Source: an uncultured Pseudobdellovibrionaceae bacterium
GTDB lineage: Bacteria > Bdellovibrionota > FAC87 > UBA2466
Direction: 5' to 3'
NCBI GenBank assembly: GCA_964611895.1
Contig: CAZTDN010000018.1
Location: forward strand, 6,483 to 70,482
DNA: 64,000 nt
The translations under genes were made by a program, and so were the position numbers. Positions within the stretch are counted from its first letter, which is position 1; each line of letters starts with the position of its first letter. Positions 38,114 to 47,296 of this stretch are shown here, one piece after another. Under the pieces are notes generated by a model, which had not been told where the DNA came from, did no database searches, and saw nothing but the letters and a program-made list of their open reading frames with translations.

Positions 38114-39373
38114 GTGGGTATGTTTAGGGGTGTTGTTTTATTTTTGATTTGGGGAGCGAGCGCCCTGCTCGCCCAACCCGAATTTCAAAGCCGGCGTCTG
38201 AGTTCCACGAGTTGCCGGGACTGGCTGCTACTTCTCGATCTCGACGGAAAAATCGAAACAGCTCTCCACAAACTTCAACCCGATCCGAACAAAGAAAAGC
38301 CAATGTCCGATGCCGAGCGAATCTACTGGACCAAAGAATTGGCTAGTCTCCGGCTAGAGCGAACAGCCCTGGCGTTACAGTTTCAGCCCGAAGAGACTGC
38401 CCAAGCCCCGGCCTTTGAGCCGGGAACTAGCATCGAATTAGAACCCGTGCCAGTCATCAGCCTGCGGCATTTCTACACAACACGCCCGCAATCAGATGGC
38501 GGAAGCATGCTGGCTCGGTACTCACCCGATGGGAAGCGTTGCTTGGTGGTTTCTGCAGATGCCAAGGTGGTTTACGATTGGGATCTCAATCCCCCTGGAG
38601 AGGATGAAGTCCTCTATTATCGACGGGAATTCCCAGACGGCGTGCAGGACGCTGCTTACACCTGGGATAACCACCTGACGGTCTTGGACCGCAGAGGCGA
38701 GCTGACCGTGTATGCACCCCATGCAAGCAAACCGTATGGCGATTGGAAGGCCAACTCTTTTTATGCGTTAGCGTTTTCGAAGAACAAACTCTTCACTCTG
38801 GGCCAACGCCTGCACCTGACGCGTGATTTTTCTTTCAGCGTGGATAAGAATGCGCCAAATCCGTTTCGGAATTTCGGAGTGCGCAACGCGATTTCGGAAG
38901 ACGCAAAGGTGGGGGCGATTTCCAACGGTCCGCACTTGCATATATTGGACTTGGAAAATGGAGCTACACTCAAGTCCTTTAAGGACACGGCTAGCGGGTT
39001 TCTTACCTTTGGTTTTCAACCCCAAAGCCACCGCCTGGTCGCGCTGACCGCAAAAGGCGAGATCCTGCTCTGGGACCCGAAAGAGCTACGAGTCATCACA
39101 CGTTTTCAACTGCAGGGATTGTTGCCCACTTCGCTTGCGATCGATCGCCATGGCAGGGCCTATATTGGCGGCGCAATTTATGGAGGGCTGGAGGGCGCCA
39201 TTGCCATTGTAGACTTGAATACAGGACAAGAACTCGATCGTTTCCAAACAGACGACAAGGGCGGCATTGGCGGACTCTCTCTTTCTCCCGATGAACAAAC
39301 GATCCTGACCTCCCAAAAACACGATCACATGCTTTATTTTTATTTGAATCCACTAGCGGAGGATTTGGATTGA
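38114..39373 (+). CDS. Secreted beta-propeller (WD40/YVTN-like) protein, hypothetical
   Basis: Signal peptide. Repeated strand-rich units with WD-like dipeptides (YDWDL, LLWDP). Confidence 0.45.
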   Translation: MGMFRGVVLFLIWGASALLAQPEFQSRRLSSTSCRDWLLLLDLDGKIETALHKLQPDPNKEKPMSDAERIYWTKELASLRLERTALALQFQPEETAQAPAFEPGTSIELEPVPVISLRHFYTTRPQSDGGSMLARYSPDGKRCLVVSADAKVVYDWDLNPPGEDEVLYYRREFPDGVQDAAYTWDNHLTVLDRRGELTVYAPHASKPYGDWKANSFYALAFSKNKLFTLGQRLHLTRDFSFSVDKNAPNPFRNFGVRNAISEDAKVGAISNGPHLHILDLENGATLKSFKDTASGFLTFGFQPQSHRLVALTAKGEILLWDPKELRVITRFQLQGLLPTSLAIDRHGRAYIGGAIYGGLEGAIAIVDLNTGQELDRFQTDDKGGIGGLSLSPDEQTILTSQKHDHMLYFYLNPLAEDLD

Positions 39374-39891
39374 ACGCCGTTGCTCTTTTTTTGATGCTGG
39401 TAGCAGCAACTGGGGCCCAGTCGAACGATGAGTTTCCGGCTGTCCGGGATGGCAATCTCAGTCGTATTTCTGCAAACTCTAAATTACTGGACAAGCCCGT
39501 GGAAGATGCGGCCTTTACCCTCACCGTCTCCCGCGCCTACAGCGACACGGTCCGCCAAATTCAGCTTAGCCGTGATTTAATCCATCAGCGACGCCTGCGC
39601 CTCGCAGCACTAGACTCCAGCGGCGAACTCAACACCCTGTTTGATCGGCTTACGGACAAGAAGATCACCCCCAAACAGCTCAAAGAAACTCAAAGCCGGA
39701 TTCAGGAAAAAGCAAAAACCCTGGGCAAGGAAGCCCAGCCCGCGTTGGATGAAATGAATCTGCTGGAATCCCAGCTAATACAACTCGAAGAGCAAATCAC
39801 TCGCAAGGATTCGGGCCTGGAATTCTATCGTCGCAAAGTCAGGAACCAGTTCTATCAAGACAGGAGCGCCAAGCCTCCTGGGTCGCATTAG
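39370..39891 (+). CDS. Secreted coiled-coil protein (173 aa), hypothetical
   Basis: TTG start overlapping the upstream stop (TTGA). Signal peptide MNAVALFLMLVAATGA. Q/E/K/L-rich heptads. Confidence 0.4.
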   Translation: MNAVALFLMLVAATGAQSNDEFPAVRDGNLSRISANSKLLDKPVEDAAFTLTVSRAYSDTVRQIQLSRDLIHQRRLRLAALDSSGELNTLFDRLTDKKITPKQLKETQSRIQEKAKTLGKEAQPALDEMNLLESQLIQLEEQITRKDSGLEFYRRKVRNQFYQDRSAKPPGSH

Positions 39892-39899
39892 TGGGTTGA

Positions 39900-39937
39900 G
39901 GTACGCGCTACCTTTGCGCGCAAAGGTAGCGCGTACC
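39900..39937. repeat. Perfect 38-bp palindrome GGTACGCGCTACCTTTGCG/CGCAAAGGTAGCGCGTACC lying exactly between two convergent stop codons (39889-91 and 39937-39)
   Basis: Read directly. This variant of the family carries symmetric (compensatory) substitutions that preserve perfect self-complementarity. Confidence 0.8.
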
Positions 39938-41121
39938 TAATTCGCCCGCAATAATATCGCGACACCCTGACCACCACTCACACAAAGACTCGCCACCCCC
40001 AAAGCGCCGGGCTTTCCGGCCAATCGGCTGAGCAAAGTCACGACAACGCGCGCGCCACTCGCCCCAATGGGGTGCCCCAAGGCAATCGCCCCGCCCCAGG
40101 AGTTGAGCTTTTGCTCGTCGATTTTCAAAGTCCGCTGGCACGCGATTACTTGCGCAGCGAAGGCTTCGTTGATTTCAATCGCCTCCAAATCGCCCACCTG
40201 CAACCCATGTCGACTTAACAAACGAGACACCGCTTCAATCGGTCCAAGCCCCATTCTCCTGGGATCCAGGGCGACTGTTTCAAAACCCAGCACTTCCGCT
40301 TGGGTGTGAGCGCTCTTGAAATCGCTCACCATCACAAACGCTGACCCGTCGGTTATTCCACTCGAATTACCCGCCGTGATCGTCCCCCCTTCGGGGTCAA
40401 AAACAGGCGGGAGTTTTGCCAAACTCTCTAACGTCGTATTTCCGCGCCGGTGTTCGTCTTCTGCCAGACCTGGGACCTTACCCTCCGCTTCAATAGCAAA
40501 AACTTCAGGTTGAAACGCTCCATTTTTCCAGGCCGCTTCTGCACGCTGTTGCGACAAAAGGGCAAAGGCATCCTGTTCCTGACGTGAAATGCCTTGCTCG
40601 GCGGCTATGTACCTCTCGACTGTTTCCCCCATGACCATTCCCGCCAGAGCGCATTGAAATCCGTCCTGGTACATTCCGTCGACGAGCTTCGAGTTCCCCA
40701 GCCGTTGTCCCCAACGCGCTTCCATGAGATAGTACGGCGTGTTGGACATGCTCTCCACGCCCCCCGAAAAAATGCAATGCGCTCGACCCAATGCGATTTT
40801 TTCTGTTGCCGCCATCACGGCTGTCAGGCCCGACGCGCAGGCCTGATTGTAAGTAATCGCCGGGACCGACTCCGAAAGCCCCGCTTTTATGGCAGCTTGG
40901 CGAGCTGGGTTGGGAGCCGCCCCTGCCTGGCGGGCGTGCCCCAAGAGCACCCAATCCACCCGCGCGGGATCTTCGTTAGATCGCCGCAAACTCTCTCGCA
41001 ACGACAACGCTGCCAAGGCGGGAGCGTTAAAGCGTTTCAAGCTTCCGCCAAACTTGCCAATAGGGGAACGCGCTGCGGCGGACAAATACACGCTTTTTGG
41101 AAACTCTGATTTAGCTTTCAT
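39937..41121 (-). CDS. Acetyl-CoA C-acetyltransferase (thiolase II)
   Basis: Start set at MKAKSEF...SAAARSPIG (the track's longer start at 41163 would abut the divergent neighbour). Active-site Cys in NQACASGL, GHPIGASGARVV, C-terminal CVSGGQGVA. Confidence 0.85.
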   Translation of the reverse strand: MKAKSEFPKSVYLSAAARSPIGKFGGSLKRFNAPALAALSLRESLRRSNEDPARVDWVLLGHARQAGAAPNPARQAAIKAGLSESVPAITYNQACASGLTAVMAATEKIALGRAHCIFSGGVESMSNTPYYLMEARWGQRLGNSKLVDGMYQDGFQCALAGMVMGETVERYIAAEQGISRQEQDAFALLSQQRAEAAWKNGAFQPEVFAIEAEGKVPGLAEDEHRRGNTTLESLAKLPPVFDPEGGTITAGNSSGITDGSAFVMVSDFKSAHTQAEVLGFETVALDPRRMGLGPIEAVSRLLSRHGLQVGDLEAIEINEAFAAQVIACQRTLKIDEQKLNSWGGAIALGHPIGASGARVVVTLLSRLAGKPGALGVASLCVSGGQGVAILLRAN

Positions 41122-41161
41122 ATTCACGTTTTGTAACATCTTCGAGTATTCTGCGCCAATC

Positions 41162-42523
41162 ATGATGGATGCTTCGACGACCGTAACCTATCCCCAAGGC
41201 CATGTGCTCTTGCGCCACTTGCAGCGAACCTTTCCGGTGATTTCTCACGGAGAGGGAGTTTACCTGTTTGATAAATCGGGAAAAAAATACTTTGATGCCG
41301 CCGGCGGCGCACTCGTCGCAAGTATTGGACACGGGGTCCGCGAGATCGGCCAAGCCATTGCTGAACAACTGGCCAAAGTCGGGTACGTGAACGGCACCCA
41401 GTTCACTTCGCCCGTTATGGAAGAATTCGCGGACTGCTTGGCAGCAAAGTCCCAGAAAATCGGGTTGGACCGGGTGGCAATTCTCGGCTCGGGATCCGAG
41501 GCCATGGAAGCCGCGATCAAGTTCGCTCGTCAACTGTGGGTGGAAAGAGGCGAACCGCAGCGTTCTACTTTTATCGCGCGAGTACCCGGCTACCACGGAA
41601 ATACTTTCTATGCGCTTTCCGCCTCGGGAAGGCCTCATTACAAGAAACTCTTTGGCCCCTTGCTCTCACGAGTACTGACGGTGCCCGCTGCGTATGGATA
41701 CCGCTGTCCCGTAGACTACGAAACGCAAGGTGCGGAATACTACGCGCAAGAACTCGAAAAATGTATTCTGACCGAAGGCCCCCAAAAAGTGGCTGGGTTT
41801 TTGGTGGAACCGGTCAGTGGTTCGTCGACGGGGGGCTGGCCGCCACCCCCCGGATACTTCGAAAAAATATCGGCAGTTTGTCGCAAGTACGGAGTGCTGA
41901 TTCTAGCGGACGAAGTGTTGTGCGGGGCTGGTCGAACCGGGATGTACTTCGCCAGCGAGCATTTTGGGCTACAGCCGGATATCGCCGTGCTGGGCAAAGG
42001 CATCAACGGAGGATACCTGCCAGTAAGCGCAGTGCTGGTGCGCCAAGCCGATACGGATCTCATGAAAAAAGGTACCGGGTACTTTTTGCACGCGCAGACC
42101 TATTTGCAATCTCCCTGCATGGCCGCCGCAGCGCTCGCCGTATTGAATTACCTCGACAAAAACCGTGTCCTGGAAAACGCACAAACTGTCGGAGCTTACT
42201 GGCAAGATCTCCTCCGCAAAGAAATTGCCCCGCTCGAGCATGTGGGCTGTGTCACCGGAATCGGAATGCTTGGCGGCGTGGAGTTTGTGCAGGACAAAAG
42301 CTCCAAACTAGCGTTTGACCGAAGCCAGAAGATAGTGGAAGGTTTTGTGTCTAACTGCTTGGATAACGGCCTGACGGTCTGGCCCAATGTCGGCCATGCC
42401 GACGGAGTCAACGGAGACCTCATCGTCATGGGGCCCCCCTTGAACATGACCCGCTCCCAAGCCGAGGAACTCGTCGCCAAACTCAAAGCGAGTGTGAGTG
42501 GCTTTTTCTCAAAAAGGGGATAA
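41162..42523 (+). CDS. Class-III (omega) aminotransferase, PLP-dependent
   Basis: Start at ATG 41162/41165 (track ORF 40889 overlaps the thiolase). ADEVLCGAGRTG; PLP lysine in AVLGKGINGG. Confidence 0.8.
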   Translation: MMDASTTVTYPQGHVLLRHLQRTFPVISHGEGVYLFDKSGKKYFDAAGGALVASIGHGVREIGQAIAEQLAKVGYVNGTQFTSPVMEEFADCLAAKSQKIGLDRVAILGSGSEAMEAAIKFARQLWVERGEPQRSTFIARVPGYHGNTFYALSASGRPHYKKLFGPLLSRVLTVPAAYGYRCPVDYETQGAEYYAQELEKCILTEGPQKVAGFLVEPVSGSSTGGWPPPPGYFEKISAVCRKYGVLILADEVLCGAGRTGMYFASEHFGLQPDIAVLGKGINGGYLPVSAVLVRQADTDLMKKGTGYFLHAQTYLQSPCMAAAALAVLNYLDKNRVLENAQTVGAYWQDLLRKEIAPLEHVGCVTGIGMLGGVEFVQDKSSKLAFDRSQKIVEGFVSNCLDNGLTVWPNVGHADGVNGDLIVMGPPLNMTRSQAEELVAKLKASVSGFFSKRG

Positions 42524-44088
42524 TGCCAATGGCCTTTCGAATCACTTATTCCATGCTCAACGCCGATTTGGAGCAAGTGCACCAGCAATTCGATGGCGCC
42601 CTGGAAAAGGTGCGTTCGGGACTGGGAAAGGAATTTCCCTCGTGGATCGGAGCCAAGCCATTCCAGAGCGGGCGCTTTCTCGACGATTCGAACCCTGCCG
42701 ACACCCGAGAACTCTTAGCACGATTTCATAAAATCTCCCGGACCGAATTGGAAGCTGTTTTTCACGCAGCGAAAAAGGCGCAACGGGGATGGGGAGACAC
42801 CCCGTGGAAAGAACGCGTGCGTTTGCTGAACCGGGCAGCGGATCTGATTTCGGAGCGGCGTTTAGAAATCAGCGCCATAATGTCTCTCGAAGTCGGCAAG
42901 AATCGCTTGGAGGCCTTGGGCGACGTTGAAGAATCAGCCGATTTGTTTCGCTACTATGCAAAAAGCTGGGAAGAATCGGACGGTTTTGTAAGGCCGTTAG
43001 GAAAACTTTCTCCCAACGAAAAAACAGCAAGCCACCTTCGGCCCTTCGGAGTGTTTGTCGTTGTTTCTCCGTTCAATTTTCCGTTGGCATTAGCTGCTGG
43101 AATGTCTGGAGCTGCTTTGCTCGCAGGAAACAGCGTCGTGCTAAAGCCGAGCCAAGATGCCCCCTGGTGCGCACAAAAGCTCTTTGAATGTTTGCGAGAT
43201 GCTGGTTTGCCAGACGGGGTTTTTCAGCTGGTCTATGGCACCGGTAGCGAAATAGGTGACGCGTTGGTCACCCACCCTCTCTGTGATGGCATTGCTTTTA
43301 CCGGCAGTAAAGACGTGGGGATGCGGATTTTCCACGAGTTCAGCAAAGACTATTGCAAACCTTGCCTTATGGAACTTGGTGGCAAGAATCCGACCTTCGT
43401 TTGCGAAAGTGCCGATCTGGATAAAGCGGCCGAAGGCTGCATGCGATCCGCATTTGGAATGACCGGACAAAAATGCAGCGCCCTGTCTCGCCTGTACGTT
43501 CATGAGAAAGTTAAAGAGCCCTTTTTGAGTCGGCTCATTGAGAAAACCGGGAAAATTGCCGTGGGTAATCCCACCGATAAGAACATTTTCATGGGCCCCC
43601 TAATCAACGCCAAAGCGGTCGATAAATTCCTGGGGGCTGTCGCGACAGCCAAAAAAGACGGGAGAATCCTCTTGGGAGGAGAAGACCTGCGTTCACGCCC
43701 CGAATTCAAACACGGACACTTTGTCTCCCCCACTATCGCCGAAGCGCCCGCAACCAGCTCAGTTTTTCGCGACGAGTATTTTGCGCCGTTTTTGGCTGTG
43801 ACCACTTTTAAAGACCTGGCGTCGGCAATTGAACTCGCAAATCAAGTCCCGTACGGACTCACCGCCGGGATTTTTAGCGAGCAAAAGGCAGAGATTGATC
43901 TTTTCATGAACCGAATCGAAACAGGTGTTCTCTATGCCAACCGACGTACTGGAGCGACCACCGGAGCTTGGCCCGGGGTTCAGGCGTTTTGCGGATGGAA
44001 AGGCAGTGGTTCCACCGGCAAGGGCGGTTGCGGCCCGTATTACGCAGCACAGTTTGCGCGCGAGCAATCGCGCACCCTTATGGAATAA
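42523..44088 (+). CDS. Aldehyde dehydrogenase, RocA/P5C-dehydrogenase-like (L-glutamate gamma-semialdehyde dehydrogenase family)
   Basis: 521 aa. ELGGKNP (catalytic Glu), GQKCSA (catalytic Cys). TAATG overlap with the upstream gene. Confidence 0.75.
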   Translation: MPMAFRITYSMLNADLEQVHQQFDGALEKVRSGLGKEFPSWIGAKPFQSGRFLDDSNPADTRELLARFHKISRTELEAVFHAAKKAQRGWGDTPWKERVRLLNRAADLISERRLEISAIMSLEVGKNRLEALGDVEESADLFRYYAKSWEESDGFVRPLGKLSPNEKTASHLRPFGVFVVVSPFNFPLALAAGMSGAALLAGNSVVLKPSQDAPWCAQKLFECLRDAGLPDGVFQLVYGTGSEIGDALVTHPLCDGIAFTGSKDVGMRIFHEFSKDYCKPCLMELGGKNPTFVCESADLDKAAEGCMRSAFGMTGQKCSALSRLYVHEKVKEPFLSRLIEKTGKIAVGNPTDKNIFMGPLINAKAVDKFLGAVATAKKDGRILLGGEDLRSRPEFKHGHFVSPTIAEAPATSSVFRDEYFAPFLAVTTFKDLASAIELANQVPYGLTAGIFSEQKAEIDLFMNRIETGVLYANRRTGATTGAWPGVQAFCGWKGSGSTGKGGCGPYYAAQFAREQSRTLME

Positions 44089-44099
44089 ATGGAGCTCAT

Positions 44100-45428
44100 G
44101 TGAAACTACGCCCTTCGATCCAAGTCGCACCTCCCGGTCCCAAGGCTAAAGCCCTGATCGACCGAGACAAGAAGATCACTTCCCCATCCTACATAAAGGA
44201 GTACCCGCTCGCTATGGAGCGTGGCGAAGGTCCATGGGTCTACGATGCCGACGGTAATCGCTATTTGGATTTCATGGCGGGAATTGCTGTTGCATCGACA
44301 GGACATTCACACCCCACGGTTGTCAAAGCGGTTCAAGAGGCTGCTGCAAAGTTTCTGCATATTTGCGGAACGGATTTTTATTACGAGACGATGGTCCGTC
44401 TGTGCGAAAAGCTAGGCGCTTATGTTCCCCAGATGGGTCCCAAGAAAGTTTTTCTCACTAATTCCGGAACGGAAGCAGTCGAGGGTGCCATTAAACTGGC
44501 CCGCTACCACACACGCCGAGAAAAGATTATCGCTTTTAAAGGCGCTTTTCATGGTCGAACGATGGGAGCGATTTCGCTCAATGCATCCAAAGTTGGACAG
44601 CGTGCATTTTTCGGCCCGTTGCTATCAGGCGTGTTCCACATCCCTTATTCCAACCCTTTTCGCTGCCCTTATAAACACGAAAAAGATTGGTGTGGAAAAA
44701 ACTGTGAATGCGCGACCCAGCTGGAGACCGACTGGTTCTCGTCACACACGGACCCCAAAGAAGTCGCGGCGATTTTTGTGGAGCCAATCCTGGGAGAAGG
44801 CGGCTATGTCCTGCCTGCCAAGAAGTTTCTCGAAGACCTGAGACGCATTTGCGATCAGCACGGCATTTTGCTCGTTTTTGACGAAGTGCAGTCCGGCGTT
44901 GGACGCACTGGAGACATGTTTGCGGCTGAAACATTTGGGGTAGCTCCAGACATTTTGCTCTCCGCAAAAGGGCTCGGCTCTGGAATGCCGATTGGTGCCA
45001 TTGTCGCAAAAGAAAAAGTGATGAGCTGGCCCCGCGGCAGTCACGGCAGCACTTATGGAGGAAATCCCGTCTGCTGCGCCGCCGCGGTAGCGACTTTGGA
45101 AGTCATTGAACCTTTGCTTCCCCAGATTCGCACGGTGGGAGCAGAATTGATGCAGGGCTTGCGAAAGCTTGCCCAAAAGCACGCTTGCATTGGAGATGTC
45201 CGGGGCGTGGGACTGATGATTGGAGCAGAGTTTATCGACCCGAAAACCGGCAAGCCAGCTTCGACATTGGTCGGAGATCTGGAACAGATGGCGTTTAGAG
45301 AAGGACTGCTATTGCTATCCTGCGGCCAGTCCACCATTCGATTTGCGCCGCCCCTGGTGGTCACTTCACATGAAGTACAGGTCGGCCTGGAGATATTAGA
45401 CAAATGCCTGACCAAACTCGCGAAATAG
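44100..45428 (+). CDS. 4-aminobutyrate / ornithine-type class-III aminotransferase (GabT-like)
   Basis: GTG at 44100 preceded by GGAG. YLDFMAGIAVASTGHSHP, LLVFDEVQSGVGRTG, PLP Lys in LSAKGLGSG. Track start 43968 would overlap the ALDH gene. Confidence 0.75.
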   Translation: MKLRPSIQVAPPGPKAKALIDRDKKITSPSYIKEYPLAMERGEGPWVYDADGNRYLDFMAGIAVASTGHSHPTVVKAVQEAAAKFLHICGTDFYYETMVRLCEKLGAYVPQMGPKKVFLTNSGTEAVEGAIKLARYHTRREKIIAFKGAFHGRTMGAISLNASKVGQRAFFGPLLSGVFHIPYSNPFRCPYKHEKDWCGKNCECATQLETDWFSSHTDPKEVAAIFVEPILGEGGYVLPAKKFLEDLRRICDQHGILLVFDEVQSGVGRTGDMFAAETFGVAPDILLSAKGLGSGMPIGAIVAKEKVMSWPRGSHGSTYGGNPVCCAAAVATLEVIEPLLPQIRTVGAELMQGLRKLAQKHACIGDVRGVGLMIGAEFIDPKTGKPASTLVGDLEQMAFREGLLLLSCGQSTIRFAPPLVVTSHEVQVGLEILDKCLTKLAK

Positions 45429-46360
45429 TCCGTCGAGCCCCGAAGCTGGGTCGCGACAAGCGTCGATCGATGAAAGAAGCGATTGCCGACTCCGTTCGGC
45501 CGGGCGACACGTTGCTCATTGAGGGGTTCACTCACCTCATTTGTTTTGCGGCGGGACATGAGATCATCCGCCAAGGCATCGGAGACTTGACGGCTGTTCG
45601 GCTGACGCCTGACCTTGTTTACGATCAGATTATGGAGGCGGGCTTAGTAAAAAAACTCGTCTTTAGCTGGGCCGGAAATCCTGGAGTCGGCTCGCTGCAC
45701 GCCCTACGTCGCCGCAGCCAAAAAGGGGCCGCTGGCCGAATCGAGCTAGAAGAATATTCGCATTTTGGAATGGTTGCCCGATTGCAGGCGGGCAGCAGTG
45801 GCCTGCCCTTCTGGCCTTTGGACAATTACCAGGGCAGCGACATTGCCGGAGCCAACGCCCGGATTCGCCAGGTAGAGTGCCCTTACACTGGTCGCCGGTT
45901 TGCTACTGTGCCAGCACTCAACCCCGACGTCGCTGTCGTGCATTGCCAGCGCAGCGACAAAGAGGGCAACGCGCAAGTTTGGGGCCTTCTGGGCACCCAA
46001 AAAGAAGCGGCTTTTGCTTCTAAACGCGTGATCGTGGTTGCCGAGGAAATCGTCGATACTTCTCTTATTCGAAAAGACCCCAACCGAACTCTCATCCCTG
46101 GTCTATTAGTCGACCATGTGGTGCATGAGCCCTGGGGATGCCACCCGAGTTATGTTCAGGGACATTACGATCGCGATAATGATTTTTACGTAAAGTGGGA
46201 AGAAATTTCGCGTGAGGTGCAACCGTATCAGGACTACTTGGCCGAGTTTGTTCATGGAGTCGCTGATCGCAAAGCCTACCTGAAAAAAATGGGCACGGGC
46301 CTGATCGACCGGCTCAAGGCCAAACCGCGCAAGTGCGAAGGGGTGGACTATGGGTACTAA
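45404..46360 (+). CDS. CoA-transferase subunit A, glutaconate-CoA-transferase (GctA)-like, ~320-aa class
   Basis: SMKEAIADSVRPGDTLLIEGFTHLICFAAGHEIIRQGIGDLT matches the GctA-type N-terminus by family recollection. Alternative start at Met 45470 avoids the 25-nt overlap with the upstream gene. Confidence 0.7.
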   Translation: MPDQTREIVRRAPKLGRDKRRSMKEAIADSVRPGDTLLIEGFTHLICFAAGHEIIRQGIGDLTAVRLTPDLVYDQIMEAGLVKKLVFSWAGNPGVGSLHALRRRSQKGAAGRIELEEYSHFGMVARLQAGSSGLPFWPLDNYQGSDIAGANARIRQVECPYTGRRFATVPALNPDVAVVHCQRSDKEGNAQVWGLLGTQKEAAFASKRVIVVAEEIVDTSLIRKDPNRTLIPGLLVDHVVHEPWGCHPSYVQGHYDRDNDFYVKWEEISREVQPYQDYLAEFVHGVADRKAYLKKMGTGLIDRLKAKPRKCEGVDYGY

Positions 46361-47138
46361 CCTCACTGCCACCCCGTCCGAGCGCATGGCAGTCCGAGCT
46401 GCCGCCGAGTTGCACGACCGCGAGGTCGTATTTGTAGGAATTGGGCTGCCCAATCTGGCGTGCAATCTGGCGCGTGCTACCCACGCTCCTGACTTGTTTA
46501 TGATTTACGAGTCAGGTGCCGTTGGAACATTGCCCGATCGGCTGCCAGTATCCATTGGCGATCCGACTCTGGTCACAGACTCCCTGGCTATTGTGAGCCA
46601 GAGCGATATTTTTCAGCTCTTCCTGCAAGGGGGACTGATCGAAGTCGGATTTTTGGGCGGGGCGCAGGTAGACCGTTACGGCAATCTGAATACGACGGTC
46701 ATCGGAGACTATGACAACCCCAAAGTGCGCCTACCCGGTAGCGGAGGCGCTTGTGAAATAGCGGGGCATTCACAACGGTTATTGATCATGATGCGAATGA
46801 GTCCGCGCAGTTTCGTGGAAACAGTAGATTTTGTCACAAGCCCAGGGCAGCGGTTTCATAGTAAACGAAAATCTGATCAAGAAGGAAAACCTCGAACGGA
46901 TTTTCACCTACCAGGCGGCGGGCCACTTACCGTGATCACCGACTTGGGGGTTTGTCAGTTTGAAGGCGATGAAATGGTGCTGACTGAGACTTACCAAGGG
47001 GTAACGCCAGAACAAGTGCACGCGGCCTGTGGGTGGAAAATGAAAATCGCCTCGCAGCTGCGCACCGCTCCCGAGCCTACTGCCGCTGAACTCAAGCTTC
47101 TGCGCGAAAAACTCGACCCCCAGAAGCTCTATCTTTAA
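46350..47138 (+). CDS. CoA-transferase subunit B (GctB-like), catalytic glutamate subunit
   Basis: 262 aa. ESG motif in DLFMIYESGAVG (catalytic Glu of family I CoA-transferase beta subunits). 11-nt overlap with subunit A. Confidence 0.75.
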   Translation: MGTNLTATPSERMAVRAAAELHDREVVFVGIGLPNLACNLARATHAPDLFMIYESGAVGTLPDRLPVSIGDPTLVTDSLAIVSQSDIFQLFLQGGLIEVGFLGGAQVDRYGNLNTTVIGDYDNPKVRLPGSGGACEIAGHSQRLLIMMRMSPRSFVETVDFVTSPGQRFHSKRKSDQEGKPRTDFHLPGGGPLTVITDLGVCQFEGDEMVLTETYQGVTPEQVHAACGWKMKIASQLRTAPEPTAAELKLLREKLDPQKLYL

Positions 47139-47140
47139 CC

Positions 47141-47178
47141 GGTACGCGGTACCTTTTTCACAAAAGGTACCGCGTACC
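47141..47178. repeat. 38-bp palindrome GGTACGCGGTACC-TTTTTCACAAAA-GGTACCGCGTACC starting 3 nt after the CoA-transferase B stop; followed by a degenerate extra GCGTACC
   Basis: Read directly from the sequence. Confidence 0.8.
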
Positions 47179-47296
47179 GCGGGCGTACCGCCGGTGTATC
47201 GCGAGATCTAGACAAGAGTTAAGATGACTTTCTGCGTCACGCGATTCACCGATTGCCGTGCCGCATTAACTCCACGAGTGTCTGCTCTCAACACTT

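Noticed and set aside
42065-42087. AAAAAAGGTACCGGGTACTTTTT inside the aminotransferase CDS, resembling one arm plus spacer of the intergenic palindrome family.
   Set aside because: It is imperfect (GGTACCGGGTAC), lies inside coding sequence (encodes KKGTGYF) and has no partner arm, so it is probably coincidence. The same goes for GGGGTACCTTTTTTGGG at 62547-62563 and AAGGTACCG at ~6846.
41536-42318. 260-aa alternate-frame ORF inside the class-III aminotransferase gene.
   Set aside because: Arg/Ala-rich translation and fully embedded in a motif-supported CDS, so it is a frame artefact. The same reasoning rejects 56377-56925 (antisense to secA), 58962-59714 (antisense to the class I aminotransferase), 62722-63213 (antisense to pyrF), 15247-15765 and 37220-37726.
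43968-44099. N-terminal extension of the GabT-like ORF overlapping the ALDH gene by 121 nt, and similarly the 40889 start of the first aminotransferase overlapping the thiolase.
   Set aside because: These are longest-ORF artefacts of the track. Internal starts with SD sequences (GTG 44100, ATG 41162) give canonical N-termini.
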